Positions 45,748-55,625 are shown, counted from the stretch's first letter. The stretch: DNA of 64,000 nt from Minisyncoccota bacterium (GCA_041648395.1 JBAZPC010000001.1:31173-95172); one strand, 5' to 3'. The notes: generated from the letters alone by a model not told the origin. Numbers and translations are program-made.

Positions 45748-47048
45748 GATTCATTTTTTTCTTCCGTATTATTATTGTCGCCGCCGATAATCGCTTCTAA
45801 TTTCTCGGCCATTTTGAAACTGCTTCTGATTTTGAGGCCCAGTCCCCCTTTTTCTTTCGGTAAATCAAGAATTTTCCTGAAATGGTCGGTGGTAATTATG
45901 TTTCTCACTCTCTCGCCTATTCCTTCATCCAGCCGCTCCAGTTGCAGAGGGGTCAAAGCGCCTTTGTATTCTTCCAGCACCCAGTTGCGCAAGTCCTCCA
46001 CATCTTTTGAAAACGGCGCCTCCGGCGTTTCTTTTATTTTTTGATAAAATAACCTGAGTTTCTTTTCTCCGTTTATCATATCTTCAACGTAATCCGTAAT
46101 TTTTTTCGCCTTTTGCCTCCACAAACCGACTCCGCCCTGCGCGTAGGGCTTGTCCAAGGCCAGCATTAATCCGTCTTTATCCAATTCTTCTTTCAGCCGC
46201 TGGAAGATAAATGACTCCAGTCGCCTCTGTTCCGGCTGGGAATATCCTCTCATTGCCATGGCGGCTATCATCTTGGCGCGATTTTCAATCGGAGGCAATT
46301 CCGGAAAAAGATTTTTATAATAATATCCCGTCCCGACTTTCTTGAACAAAGTCGGTTTTTCTTTTGATTCTATTCTGGTAATGGAGCCGTCGCGCATGTA
46401 AAAAATCTTTTTGACGTCGCGCAAACTCCACGCTTCGTGGGTCACCATTATGATGGTCTTGCCGTCTTTTTCATTCAATTCTTTTAATAAATCCAAAACA
46501 TTATTAGCGTTAACAGAATCAAGATTTCCGATCGGCTCGTCGGCGAGAATTATCGGCGGGTCGTTGGCGAGAGCGCGGGCGATGCCGAATCTCTGCTGTT
46601 GGCCGCCGGAAAGTTCGTGCGGATAGCGGTTGGCGAACTGGGCGATGCCCAGCCGTTCCAAAATTTCCATCGCCCTTTTTTGCCTTTTTTCCGCAGAGAT
46701 GCCGAGAAAGGCCATGGGTAGGGAAACATTATCTATGTTGCTGATGGACGGGATGAGATTGAAATTTTGAAAAACGATTCCGATGCCGATCTGGCGATAA
46801 ATGGCCAATTCTTTTTGCGAAAAGCCCATGATATCCTGGCCGTTGATAAAAACCTTTCCTTCGTCCGGCCGTTCAACGCCGGAAATAATGTAGAGAATAG
46901 TTGACTTTCCACAGCCGGAAGGGCCGAAGAAACTCACGAAATCTCCTTGTTTGATGTCCATGCTCACACTCTTAAGCGCCTGGACTTCCGAGTATTTGCC
47001 CTTGTCGTAAAAAAAACTTACGTCTTCTAGTTTAATGACTGGATCCAT
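45744..47048 (-). CDS. ABC transporter ATP-binding protein with a C-terminal extension
   Basis: Walker A is GPSGCGKST. Signature is LSGGQQQR. Walker B is ILADEP. Confidence 0.85.
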   Translation of the reverse strand: MDPVIKLEDVSFFYDKGKYSEVQALKSVSMDIKQGDFVSFFGPSGCGKSTILYIISGVERPDEGKVFINGQDIMGFSQKELAIYRQIGIGIVFQNFNLIPSISNIDNVSLPMAFLGISAEKRQKRAMEILERLGIAQFANRYPHELSGGQQQRFGIARALANDPPIILADEPIGNLDSVNANNVLDLLKELNEKDGKTIIMVTHEAWSLRDVKKIFYMRDGSITRIESKEKPTLFKKVGTGYYYKNLFPELPPIENRAKMIAAMAMRGYSQPEQRRLESFIFQRLKEELDKDGLMLALDKPYAQGGVGLWRQKAKKITDYVEDMINGEKKLRLFYQKIKETPEAPFSKDVEDLRNWVLEEYKGALTPLQLERLDEGIGERVRNIITTDHFRKILDLPKEKGGLGLKIRSSFKMAEKLEAIIGGDNNNTEEKNES

Positions 47049-47662
47049 AATATTATTTCATTTGCCAAAGACGGATTGCTGTCAAAAATATCCGTCCCAT
47101 GACCGGCGTTTTCTAAAACCTTGAGTTTCTTATTCTTTGATTTTAGCATATTAAATAATATTTTGGCGGTTTCTGTGGAATACTCGTCGCTCTCTCCGCC
47201 CGCCGCCAAAAACACGGCTTGGTTTTCGGTTATTTTTTCAGCCGCCGGTTCCGTTTGCATGCCTTGGTAATCAAGGCCAGGAGAAAGCAGAACACTCGCT
47301 TTAATTTCCAGATGCTCCGACTGGAACTGCAGAGCGAGATTGGCGCCTATGGAAGCGCCGCATAAAAAAATATTTTCAAGCAAAACGCCGTTAGAAACAA
47401 AAAAGTCAGCCGCCGCCTCAACGTCTTTTATGCTTGCTTGATAATTTCTATTCCCTTCCGATTCGCCGTGTCCGCGCAAATCAATGGCAAGGCACTGAAA
47501 GCTGGTATTGTTTAATTTCTCCGCAAAGTCCTTCCAGCTCTCTTTCGTCGCGGGCATCATATGGAGAAGAATAATCGCCGGCGCGTTTTTTTCTTTTGTT
47601 GGATAGTAATCGCCGGCAATATTGATATTATCGCTTGTTTTTAAATTAACTCTTTGTGGCAC
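47027..47662 (-). CDS. Alpha/beta hydrolase (dienelactone hydrolase-like)
   Basis: The nucleophile elbow is GASIG. AGHG and HG motifs are present. Confidence 0.7.
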   Translation of the reverse strand: MPQRVNLKTSDNINIAGDYYPTKEKNAPAIILLHMMPATKESWKDFAEKLNNTSFQCLAIDLRGHGESEGNRNYQASIKDVEAAADFFVSNGVLLENIFLCGASIGANLALQFQSEHLEIKASVLLSPGLDYQGMQTEPAAEKITENQAVFLAAGGESDEYSTETAKILFNMLKSKNKKLKVLENAGHGTDIFDSNPSLANEIILWIQSLN

Positions 47663-47700
47663 ATCCTAATTTTATCACAAAAAAATAAACACAATAAACC

Positions 47701-47738
47701 CACTACCTATTTAGTGCGATAGCATAGAATAGGTAGTA
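47701..47738. repeat. 38-bp hairpin-forming direct repeat, copy 1 (ACTACCTATTTAGTGCGATAGCATAGAATAGGTAGTA)
   Basis: Identical at 36 of 38 positions to 48358-48395. Its ends form an 8-bp stem (CTACCTAT/ATAGGTAG). Confidence 0.6.
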
Positions 47739-47740
47739 GA

Positions 47741-48325
47741 TTATAGATTATAAAATTGTTTAAGAAAATTATCTTGATTTATTTCTTTTACCAATAAAAA
47801 TCTGACAAATCGCCTCACGTTAAAAAATTCCGTAATAAAATCTATTTCATCATCGCATTCAAATGGACATACAAATACGCTTTTCTGCAGCGGATAAAAT
47901 TCCATTTCCTTTAATTTATTAGTGAGCGCGCTTCTGGCTTTTTTGTATTTTTCAGGAATATCAAAAACTATAACTCTCCAGTATCCATCCCATTTTTTTG
48001 GTCTTATTAATTCCAATTCGTCAAATTTGTACTTTAATATTTTTTTATTTCCTTTCTCGGTAATTTCCATCACCATATCATTCCCCTTTTTATAAATATC
48101 AATCAGTTTTTGGCTTTGAAGATTACGAAGCGCGCGATTTAATTTAAATTTCTCTTTGGAATTTTTTATCCCAAAAAAATTAAAAACCTGCGGCAGATTA
48201 GGTAAAGCGAAACTGGCGACAATTAAACCGCCAATAGCCAATCCTTTTAAAATATCTTTAGCTAATTCACCTTTTGCATATTTATCTCTTATTGATATTT
48301 TTGTTTTATTCTTAACTTTACTCAT
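47741..48325 (-). CDS. PaaX-like protein with N-terminal TM helix, wHTH and C-terminal Cas2-fold domain
   Basis: WRVIVFDIPEKYKKARSALTNKLKEMEFYPLQKSVFVC matches the Cas2/PaaX C-terminal pattern (v.YDi.....R..l...L...G...Q.SVF.c). Confidence 0.5.
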   Translation of the reverse strand: MSKVKNKTKISIRDKYAKGELAKDILKGLAIGGLIVASFALPNLPQVFNFFGIKNSKEKFKLNRALRNLQSQKLIDIYKKGNDMVMEITEKGNKKILKYKFDELELIRPKKWDGYWRVIVFDIPEKYKKARSALTNKLKEMEFYPLQKSVFVCPFECDDEIDFITEFFNVRRFVRFLLVKEINQDNFLKQFYNL

Positions 48326-48357
48326 ATTTTTCTTTTTTTATGCTAATTTAACTATAC

Positions 48358-48395
48358 TACCTATCTGGTGCGATAGCATAGAATAGGTAGTAAGT
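48358..48395. repeat. 38-bp hairpin-forming direct repeat, copy 2
   Basis: ACTACCTATCTGGTGCGATAGCATAGAATAGGTAGTA. Confidence 0.6.
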
Positions 48396-48410
48396 AATTT
48401 GTTATAATTA

Positions 48411-48998
48411 TTAGTTGTTTTTTTTGCCATTGTTATTAAAAATTTTTTTAGATAATCTAAAAACAAACCAAATAACTATTGCGGAAATTATCGCCACTTC
48501 AATAATGTGATAAATGCGTCTAGTGTCTTCAAAAAAACTGATAATGTCATAAGAAAACCTGTATCCCAAGAACATCAAAAGAGGAATATATAATATACTC
48601 GCGGCAATATCGTAAATTAAAAAATCAGAAAAACGTGAATCGGACATTCCGGCAGTAAAAAGAATCACCGGCCGGAAACCGGAAGTGAATCGCCCAATGA
48701 AAACGATTTTTTTGTTGTGGTCTCCGAAAATCTTATGGACTCGCTCCACTTTGTCCTGCGGCAGAAAAAAAGAAAAAAACTTCATTTTAAAAACTTTTCT
48801 TCCTATGTTTTTCCCGATCCAAAATATTACAGCGTCGCTTATGATAATGCCGATTAAAATAACAAAAAAAGCGGCTATCGAGTTGCCGACTTCTTGCTGA
48901 ACGCCTATGCCCGCGCTTAAGACAATTATATCTTCAGGAATAGGGAAAAGACCTACGCCGGTCAAAAGAAGAGCGATAAAAATGAAAACGTAAAACAT
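48411..48998 (-). CDS. DedA/SNARE-associated (VTT-domain) membrane protein
   Basis: FIGRFTSGFRPVILFTAGMS is the DedA motif. Multiple TM helices. Confidence 0.8.
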   Translation of the reverse strand: MFYVFIFIALLLTGVGLFPIPEDIIVLSAGIGVQQEVGNSIAAFFVILIGIIISDAVIFWIGKNIGRKVFKMKFFSFFLPQDKVERVHKIFGDHNKKIVFIGRFTSGFRPVILFTAGMSDSRFSDFLIYDIAASILYIPLLMFLGYRFSYDIISFFEDTRRIYHIIEVAIISAIVIWFVFRLSKKIFNNNGKKNN

Positions 48999-49015
48999 AA
49001 AATTTGAAACTTAAA

Positions 49016-49711
49016 TCATTTTCCGAACCTTCTCTTTCTGTTTTGGAATTCTTTTATCGCCGACATCAAATCTTTTTCGCTGAAATCCGGCCACATTTTT
49101 TCCGAAAAATAAAGTTCGCTGTAGACGGATTGCCACGGCAAAAACCCTGACAAGCGCATCTCTCCGCCTGTGCGGATCAGGAGGTCGGGGTCCGGCTGGC
49201 CAGCGGTATAAAGATGCTCTTCAAAATATTTTTCATTCATTTTATTCGGTGCCTTTTTTTCTTTCGCTATTTTCCCGACGGCATCTAAAATTTCCGCTCT
49301 TCCGCCATAACTCACCGCAAGATTTAAAACACCTCCTTTATTATTTTTTGTGTCGTTCATGGCTTCGGAAATAAGTTTCCGCAGATTATTCGGCAACCTT
49401 TCAATTTGCCCTATGGCGTTAAATTTTATTTTCTTATCTCTAAAAAAATTAAGTTCATTTTTTAGCACCTTTTCAAACAAGCCCATCAAAAAAGAAACTT
49501 CCGTTTTGCTTCTTTTCCAATTTTCCGTAGAAAAAGCGTAAATCGTTAAAATTTTTACCCCCATTTTATAGCAGGCCTCGGCATTTTTTTTGAAATTTTC
49601 ATAGCCTTTTCTGTGACCAAAAGACGCCGGCAAACCGCGCTTCTTCGCCCAGCGCCTGTTGCCGTCCATAATTATCGCGATATGATGCGGAATACCATCT
49701 TTGTAATTCAT
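49016..49711 (-). CDS. uppS: Undecaprenyl diphosphate synthase
   Basis: HIAIIMDGNRRWAKKRGL...LTIYAFSTENWKR. Confidence 0.9.
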   Translation of the reverse strand: MNYKDGIPHHIAIIMDGNRRWAKKRGLPASFGHRKGYENFKKNAEACYKMGVKILTIYAFSTENWKRSKTEVSFLMGLFEKVLKNELNFFRDKKIKFNAIGQIERLPNNLRKLISEAMNDTKNNKGGVLNLAVSYGGRAEILDAVGKIAKEKKAPNKMNEKYFEEHLYTAGQPDPDLLIRTGGEMRLSGFLPWQSVYSELYFSEKMWPDFSEKDLMSAIKEFQNRKRRFGK

Positions 49712-49720
49712 AAATAAAAA

Positions 49721-50491
49721 TTAATTTTGCCTGAAGAAAATTGAGATTAGAAATATTGCGGCGCTGGAAAGAACAGCAAAAGGCCCTGCGCCAAAACCGG
49801 CAATCTTAAAAATTATAACACCTAAAATGCAACTCACCGCTCCAATAAACATGCCTCCGTAAGAATATTGAAAAAGGTTTCGGCTGAAATTTCTGGAGGC
49901 GGCCGCCGGAATCACAACGAGGGCGCCGACCAAAAGCGAACCAACTATTTTTATTCCCAATGCCACTATTATTCCTATCGCCAAAAGATAAACGAGGTCG
50001 TATTTTCTCACATTTATTTTTAAAGATGATGCTAGGTCTTCTGATAATGTTGATAAAATCATTTCCGAAAAAATTTTCTTGATTGTAAAAAATACAGCAA
50101 TAACCAAAAGGATCGAAACAACGGCCTCGGTTAAATTTATCCGGGTTATATCGCCAATAAGCGCCGTTTCAATATCTTCACTGGGAATAATTAAAAATGC
50201 CAATGCCAAACTGACAGCAAAGACAACTCCTGTCAGGGTCTCCATGTAAATCTCAGTTTTTCCTTTAAACATCCATATCAAAACGATTCCGACAAAAAGA
50301 GACGCAAACGCGCCTGCCTCAACACTGAAATTGTAAATCAGAGCCAAGGCAATTCCCGGCAAAGCGACATGGCCAAGAGCGTCTCCGACAAGAGCCATCC
50401 TCTTCGTCACCATCAAAGTGCCAAGGTATCCCGCCGCTCCTCCCACAAAGATTGCCGTTATTAAGCTGTAAAAAAATTGGCTTTCAATCAT
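49721..50491 (-). CDS. Metal ABC transporter permease (ABC-3 / ZnuB-TroC type)
   Basis: 8-TM ABC-3 topology. The start overlaps the upstream ATPase gene. Confidence 0.8.
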   Translation of the reverse strand: MIESQFFYSLITAIFVGGAAGYLGTLMVTKRMALVGDALGHVALPGIALALIYNFSVEAGAFASLFVGIVLIWMFKGKTEIYMETLTGVVFAVSLALAFLIIPSEDIETALIGDITRINLTEAVVSILLVIAVFFTIKKIFSEMILSTLSEDLASSLKINVRKYDLVYLLAIGIIVALGIKIVGSLLVGALVVIPAAASRNFSRNLFQYSYGGMFIGAVSCILGVIIFKIAGFGAGPFAVLSSAAIFLISIFFRQN

Positions 50492-51176
50492 GTTTGTGTT
50501 GATAAAGTTTCATCTCTCCTCCGTAAAGTTTGCGTAAACTCTCCGAATTAAGCGCTTCTTGCGGAACGCCGTAGCAAACCGCTTTTTTATTGAGGCAAAG
50601 CACGCTGTCGGCAAATTTATAAACGATATTCAAGTCGTGGGTGATAAGAATCATCGTCAAATTTATTTTTTTTTCTATCTGACTCAAAAGATTGTAAATT
50701 GTCTCTTCCCCGCCGATGTCTATACCGGAGGTCGGCTCGTCAAAAAGCAGGATATGCGGCTCATCAACCAAGCTCCACGCAATCATCATTCTTTGAAATT
50801 GGCCCGCCGACAGAAGGCCGATTTTTTTACTCAAGACGGACAAGTCGTCAAGTCCGACTGCTTTGAGCGATTCTTCAATTTTATTTTGTGGCGCCTTTTT
50901 AAATTTAAAAAATTCCCTGACGCTCAAAGGAATTTCTTTGGCAGGAAAAAAATTCTGCGGGAAATAGCTGACCTTCAGTCCCTCCCGCCACTTTATTTCT
51001 CCGGAGAAGGGAATGATGCCGAGCAGCGCTTTCAGAAGGACGGACTTGCCGGCGCCGTTGGGCCCGACAATAATAAGGTTCTCCTTGTTTTTTAAATCAA
51101 AACTAAGGTCATCTATTATCTTGTCGCCATTAAAACTGACGGAAAGATTTTTGACCTTTAATATTAAATCGTCCAT
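50484..51176 (-). CDS. Metal ABC transporter ATP-binding protein (ZnuC-like)
   Basis: Walker A is GPNGAGKS. Signature is LSAGQFQR. Walker B is LLFDEP. Confidence 0.85.
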   Translation of the reverse strand: MDDLILKVKNLSVSFNGDKIIDDLSFDLKNKENLIIVGPNGAGKSVLLKALLGIIPFSGEIKWREGLKVSYFPQNFFPAKEIPLSVREFFKFKKAPQNKIEESLKAVGLDDLSVLSKKIGLLSAGQFQRMMIAWSLVDEPHILLFDEPTSGIDIGGEETIYNLLSQIEKKINLTMILITHDLNIVYKFADSVLCLNKKAVCYGVPQEALNSESLRKLYGGEMKLYQHKHD

Positions 51177-51210
51177 TTTTTATTTTTTACTGAATATGAA
51201 TATAAAATGA

Positions 51211-51822
51211 TTATACCTCAAACGTCATTTTTTTGTAAATGGCGCGGGTAACTTCCACGTCGGCATTGCAATAATCGTAAATTTCTTGCAGTTTGCCTTT
51301 TTTGTAATACTCATGCACTCTTGAGCCGTCCAATCCCCCTTCCTTTGATGATTTTATCCCGAACGCTTTTGCCATTTTATCCAAAGTGATTTTGTCCTGC
51401 ATGTTCCATTTTGACCATTCATACATGATGTCAAAGGTCGGATTATTCCTGTATCTGGCAAAACTCAAGTCCCTCGTCGGCCTCACTCCGAGAATCGCCG
51501 AGCGCTGGTAGATAAATCTTAAGTCAAAATCAAAAATAGTATGGCCGACGAACAAGTCCGCGTCTCTGGCGATATCCCAAAAGTTTTTTAAAATTTCTTT
51601 TTCTTCGCCGTAAAGGCATTTTACGGATTCGTCGTTTACTGCGACAGAAATGCAAAGAATCCTGCCAAAAGAGCCGTCAAAATTTGTCTTTTCAAGATAT
51701 TCATCAAAAGAGTCGCTTATTTTTTTGCCTTTCTCTTTTTTCTTTTCGTAAATGTCTTTCAAGATATGGTGTTTTGATTCCTCCACCGGCAATGTTTCTA
51801 TGTCCAAAAAAAGTTTTTTCAT
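51211..51822 (-). CDS. DEDDy-type 3'-5' exonuclease (DnaQ/PolB-exo-like)
   Basis: Exo I is LFLDIET, Exo II is GHTIFDFDLRFI, Exo III is YCNADVEVT. Confidence 0.7.
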   Translation of the reverse strand: MKKLFLDIETLPVEESKHHILKDIYEKKKEKGKKISDSFDEYLEKTNFDGSFGRILCISVAVNDESVKCLYGEEKEILKNFWDIARDADLFVGHTIFDFDLRFIYQRSAILGVRPTRDLSFARYRNNPTFDIMYEWSKWNMQDKITLDKMAKAFGIKSSKEGGLDGSRVHEYYKKGKLQEIYDYCNADVEVTRAIYKKMTFEV

Positions 51823-51886
51823 CCCGTCATTATATCAAAAAAGTAAAAAAGAAAAAAGCCACAGGTTATTCCCGTGGCGTTAAGGA

Positions 51887-51979
51887 TTAAGAAAGGGCGA
51901 TATAAAACAACACCGCCACTACAACCGCAAGAAACAAAACCGAAATTATGTTTGTTCCTCTTTTACCTATCACTATCAT
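51887..51979 (-). CDS. Small 30-aa hydrophobic peptide (MIVIGKRGTNIISVLFLAVVVAVLFYIALS)
   Basis: SD AAAGGAGG lies 6 nt before the ATG. A single predicted TM helix. It is under the 60-aa track cutoff. Confidence 0.35.
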   Translation of the reverse strand: MIVIGKRGTNIISVLFLAVVVAVLFYIALS

Positions 51980-52039
51980 TTTCGTCCTCCTTTTATTTTT
52001 AAAAACTCCATATCAATAATATAATGTTCGTAAACAAAA

Positions 52040-52075
52040 AACAACCCTGTTTTTAGCAGGGTTGTTTTTTGGGTT
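52040..52075. terminator. Bidirectional rho-independent terminator
   Basis: AACAACCCTG-TTTTTAG-CAGGGTTGTT flanked by A and T runs. Confidence 0.6.
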
Positions 52076-52082
52076 GCTTTTC

Positions 52083-53093
52083 TTAATCGTTACTTCCTTT
52101 ATTTCCGTTTTCTTTGTTTTCTTTCTGACCTTCCTTGGGAGTTGTCGTCGCGTTTCTATCGTTATTTTCGCCTTCCGACTCATCTTTTGCCTTTTCTATA
52201 TCTCTTTCAACATGCTTCAACGCGTCTTTTGCCTGTCTGGCATGCTGTCTTGCTTGCACATACTGACTCTTATCAAACGCCTCTTGCGCCTTGACAATAA
52301 AGTCGTCGTATTGCTTGAAGGAATCGGCTGAAATGGTTATGTTCTTTTCGTTCGCTTCATCAATTACTTCCTGCTTATCTTCTTTGGCCTCGCTTATCGC
52401 TTTCTCGGCTTCTTCTTTTGCGTCAAGCTGGCTCACGATGCGTTCGTGCTCGTTTTCAATTTCATCCAGTTTATTTTCTATCTCCCCGTCTTTGCCTTTT
52501 AACATTCTTTTAATATCATCTTTACTAACATCCAATTTGTTGCGAATTTCTTTTGCAAGATCTTTCACATCTTTGCCTTTGTTTTTTTCTCTCTCAATAA
52601 CGTCGGCGGCTTTTGCCACATTGTTTTTAAAATGACCAAGGGCAAGGGCAAGACCTTTTTCATTGGTGTCTTTCCCTTCAAGAATGGCCTTTATCTCGTC
52701 CGCCCTTTCAGCGGCAAACTCCACTTGAAGTATGGCTTTAGAACCGGGATTAATCGTTAAAGTATAACGCACATCCTCAGTGATTTGTTTGACTGGGTAA
52801 AGAATGCCTCCCGGTAAACTGTTCTGTGAAGCCGCTACTGCTCCACCTCCTCCGAGAGCCACGATTAAAGCGATAATTAATGGTATTGGCATAAGTTTTA
52901 ATTTGTTGATTAAAATAATAAAATTCGACCTTTCTTCCTGTTGTAATGTAAGACGCTCTGTCCCTTTTTTCATTACGATGCCAGAGTCCAAATGAGCCGT
53001 TAATTTGTTCCTTAAAGAAAGCAAAAACTGCCTACTTATCGGAGCATTCTTCAATCTTCTGATTTCTCTTTTGATTTTATAATTTTCAAACAT
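52083..53093 (-). CDS. Membrane-anchored putative anti-sigma factor (DUF5667-like), K/E-rich coiled-coil C-terminus
   Basis: It overlaps the ECF sigma gene by 8 nt. It has one TM helix (LMPIPLIIALIVAL) and a charged repetitive C-terminus. Confidence 0.5.
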   Translation of the reverse strand: MFENYKIKREIRRLKNAPISRQFLLSLRNKLTAHLDSGIVMKKGTERLTLQQEERSNFIILINKLKLMPIPLIIALIVALGGGGAVAASQNSLPGGILYPVKQITEDVRYTLTINPGSKAILQVEFAAERADEIKAILEGKDTNEKGLALALGHFKNNVAKAADVIEREKNKGKDVKDLAKEIRNKLDVSKDDIKRMLKGKDGEIENKLDEIENEHERIVSQLDAKEEAEKAISEAKEDKQEVIDEANEKNITISADSFKQYDDFIVKAQEAFDKSQYVQARQHARQAKDALKHVERDIEKAKDESEGENNDRNATTTPKEGQKENKENGNKGSND

Positions 53094-53589
53094 TTTTTAT
53101 TTTTTCCCTTAAAATTTTCATCGCCCGATGAACGCTCACTCTCACGTTATTCGGCGTCTTGCCGGTAATTTCGCTTATTTCTTCTATGCTCATTTCGTCA
53201 ACATATCTGCAATAAATTATTTCCCGCTGTTCTTTTTCAAGCCAAGATAAATATTTTCTCGCAAGAACCGCCGCGATTTTCTGCTCCGTTTCTTTTTCCT
53301 GTTGTGGCTCGTAACTTATTTCCTTTTGGCTTACATCATCCAAACTTATCGCGGCTCTCGGCTTCTGGCGGTAGTGGTCAATTATCAGATTGCCGGCGAC
53401 CGTATATAAAAATGTCTTGATATTTTTGATTTCCTTGCCGGCCGCGACATATTGCCATGTTTTAAAGAATGTTTCTTGCGTCAAATCCTCAGCAACATCC
53501 ATATCGCTCACTTTGAAATAAATGTGCCTTAAAATGGCGGCTGAATAGCTGTCATAGGCGGATAAAAAATTTCTTTCAACCTTGTTCAT
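53086..53589 (-). CDS. RNA polymerase sigma factor, ECF (sigma-70 group 4)
   Basis: Region 2 is DLTQETFFKTWQ...IIDHYRQK. Region 4 HTH is EISEITGKTPNNVRVSVHRAMKILRE. Confidence 0.85.
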   Translation of the reverse strand: MNKVERNFLSAYDSYSAAILRHIYFKVSDMDVAEDLTQETFFKTWQYVAAGKEIKNIKTFLYTVAGNLIIDHYRQKPRAAISLDDVSQKEISYEPQQEKETEQKIAAVLARKYLSWLEKEQREIIYCRYVDEMSIEEISEITGKTPNNVRVSVHRAMKILREKIKNV

Positions 53590-53617
53590 ATATATAGACG
53601 ATTATACTATAAAAAAA

Positions 53618-54394
53618 TTACTTTCTGTTTCGGGAAATAATTTTGAGAGAAAATTTTATCAAAACATACAATACCGCCGCGAACAGCAAATAAAACAATA
53701 TTTTATTGCTAAAAATAAAAGAGGCGGCAGAAAGCGCCAAAAGATATGACGATTTCAACGGCCTTTCCATTGTTTTTGAGTCAGCTGGAATTTCTTTTAT
53801 TTCCTGCTCTATTTCCGTTTTTTTCTCATCAATAATTTGTTTGCCGTTATCAGCCAGCTTGCTTGTTTTTTTGAGAACATATGTAATGGAATCAGTTGCA
53901 ATAACAGCCGACTTGTTTGTTATATTTGCGAGAGTAGAAACAATTTTTTCTTTCACAGGTAAGGGTGGCGGTAAGGCCTCAACAAAAATATCGCTGACAC
54001 CCGTCTGGCTATTTTCCAAAATTATGGCTTCCTCCTGGCCGTCGGCCATTCGTATTTTTGCTTCTATAATTTTCGCCGATATTTTATGCTGACCTTTGAC
54101 GGCAGTCCAATCTATCCCCACTTCTTTTATCTTCCCTTCCCCGCCTACATAAAATCCCGATTTGCCTATGGAAATTTCGTTGTCAAAAAACTCAACCGCG
54201 CCGAGAAGGTCATAGGCGCTGCTGTTAAACACAGCTGAATAAATTTTAATTTTATCCCCTTCTAAAAATTTATCAGTGGAATACCAAATTCCGTTTTGCG
54301 CAAAACCCAAACTACTGTAAGTCTTCGCCTCCGCCGTTGCGCCGTGGCACAAAATAATAATCCCAAAAATAATTGCAAATGTTTTTTTATTCAT
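53618..54394 (-). CDS. Secreted/membrane-anchored hypothetical protein
   Basis: Signal peptide MNKKTFAIIFGIIILCHGATA and a C-terminal TM helix. Confidence 0.5.
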   Translation of the reverse strand: MNKKTFAIIFGIIILCHGATAEAKTYSSLGFAQNGIWYSTDKFLEGDKIKIYSAVFNSSAYDLLGAVEFFDNEISIGKSGFYVGGEGKIKEVGIDWTAVKGQHKISAKIIEAKIRMADGQEEAIILENSQTGVSDIFVEALPPPLPVKEKIVSTLANITNKSAVIATDSITYVLKKTSKLADNGKQIIDEKKTEIEQEIKEIPADSKTMERPLKSSYLLALSAASFIFSNKILFYLLFAAVLYVLIKFSLKIISRNRK

Positions 54395-55625
54395 ATCTTA
54401 ACGCCTCTATCGGGCTTTTGCGCGACGCCTTGCGCGCCGGATAAATGCCAAAAATCAAACCGACGACGGCCGCCACGCCTATTCCCAAAAGCGCGGCCTG
54501 AACCGGAAAAGTGAACGGCCAGTTTAAATTAACGACATTCGTCAAAATTAGAGAGACCGCGAGCGACAACGCCGTTCCCAGCAAAATGCCGATGATTCCG
54601 CCAACAACCGTGAGCATCATCGCTTCCAAAAGAAATTGGGTGAGGATATTTTTCTCCGTCGCGCCGAGTGCTTTGCGGAGTCCGATTTCTCTCGTTCTTT
54701 CCGTCACGGAAACCAACATTATATTCATGATGCCGATACCGCCGACAAGCAGCGATATGGCGGCGACAGCCGCCAAAAACAAAGTCAAAATATTCATTAT
54801 GGTGCTCACTGTATTCAACGCGTCCGCCTGCGTCTCAACAAAAAAATCATCTTTGCTCGGGTCTTCAATATTGTGCGAGTTTCTCAAAGTTATTTTTATG
54901 TCTTCCACGGTTTTCGCGACATTATCCTCGCTGTCCGCTTCAACCGCAAAACGATTGAAATATTTAATGCCAAAAACGTAACGCTGGGCGCTGGTGTATG
55001 GAATCACCGCCGTATCGTCAAAATTCAAAAACGACGCCTGCCCTTTTGGCTTCATTATCCCGATGATTTTGAAATTCCTTCCCTTAATTTTTACTTTCTC
55101 GCCCACGGGGTCGCTGTTTCCAAAAAGTTCGTCTCTGACTTTCGTTCCAATGACAACCACGTCGGCGTATGACTTTATGTCTTCCTCATTTAACAAACGA
55201 CCGCTTCCAGCTGATAAATTATATATGTCGGAAAAACTTTCGTTCACTCCGAAAATGGTCGGCCGATAAGTGTCGTTTCCGTAGGCGATACTGTCGCTGC
55301 CGAAGACAATCGGCATTATTTTTGCCAAATGCGGAACGTTGCTTTTTTTCTGCAAGGCCTCAAGGTCTTTTTCTTTCAGAGAGTCGGTAAAAGTGGAAAA
55401 AACATCTGTCGGACCTTTGGGATGCCTGCCGGGCACGATGCCTATCGTTTTCGCTCCAATGCTTTGAATTTGAGAAAGGATGAGATTTTGCGCGCCCTGC
55501 CCTAAAGACATTACCATCATTATGGCGGTAATGCCAATGACAATTCCTAAAATAGTGAGAATAGACCGCGACTTTTGCGTCCTTAGCCCTTTTAACGCCG
55601 CTTTGAAATTGTTTGCTATCGTCAT
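54387..55625 (-). CDS. ABC transporter permease (FtsX/MacB-type)
   Basis: MacB-like topology with conserved C-terminal FtsX helices. Confidence 0.8.
   Translation of the reverse strand: MTIANNFKAALKGLRTQKSRSILTILGIVIGITAIMMVMSLGQGAQNLILSQIQSIGAKTIGIVPGRHPKGPTDVFSTFTDSLKEKDLEALQKKSNVPHLAKIMPIVFGSDSIAYGNDTYRPTIFGVNESFSDIYNLSAGSGRLLNEEDIKSYADVVVIGTKVRDELFGNSDPVGEKVKIKGRNFKIIGIMKPKGQASFLNFDDTAVIPYTSAQRYVFGIKYFNRFAVEADSEDNVAKTVEDIKITLRNSHNIEDPSKDDFFVETQADALNTVSTIMNILTLFLAAVAAISLLVGGIGIMNIMLVSVTERTREIGLRKALGATEKNILTQFLLEAMMLTVVGGIIGILLGTALSLAVSLILTNVVNLNWPFTFPVQAALLGIGVAAVVGLIFGIYPARKASRKSPIEALRYE

Noticed and set aside
47701-48395. Possible mini-CRISPR array next to a Cas2-fold gene
   Set aside because: Only two repeat copies are present. 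The 619-bp 'spacer' is the protein-coding gene itself. The repeats have terminal rather than internal dyad symmetry, and no other cas genes are present.
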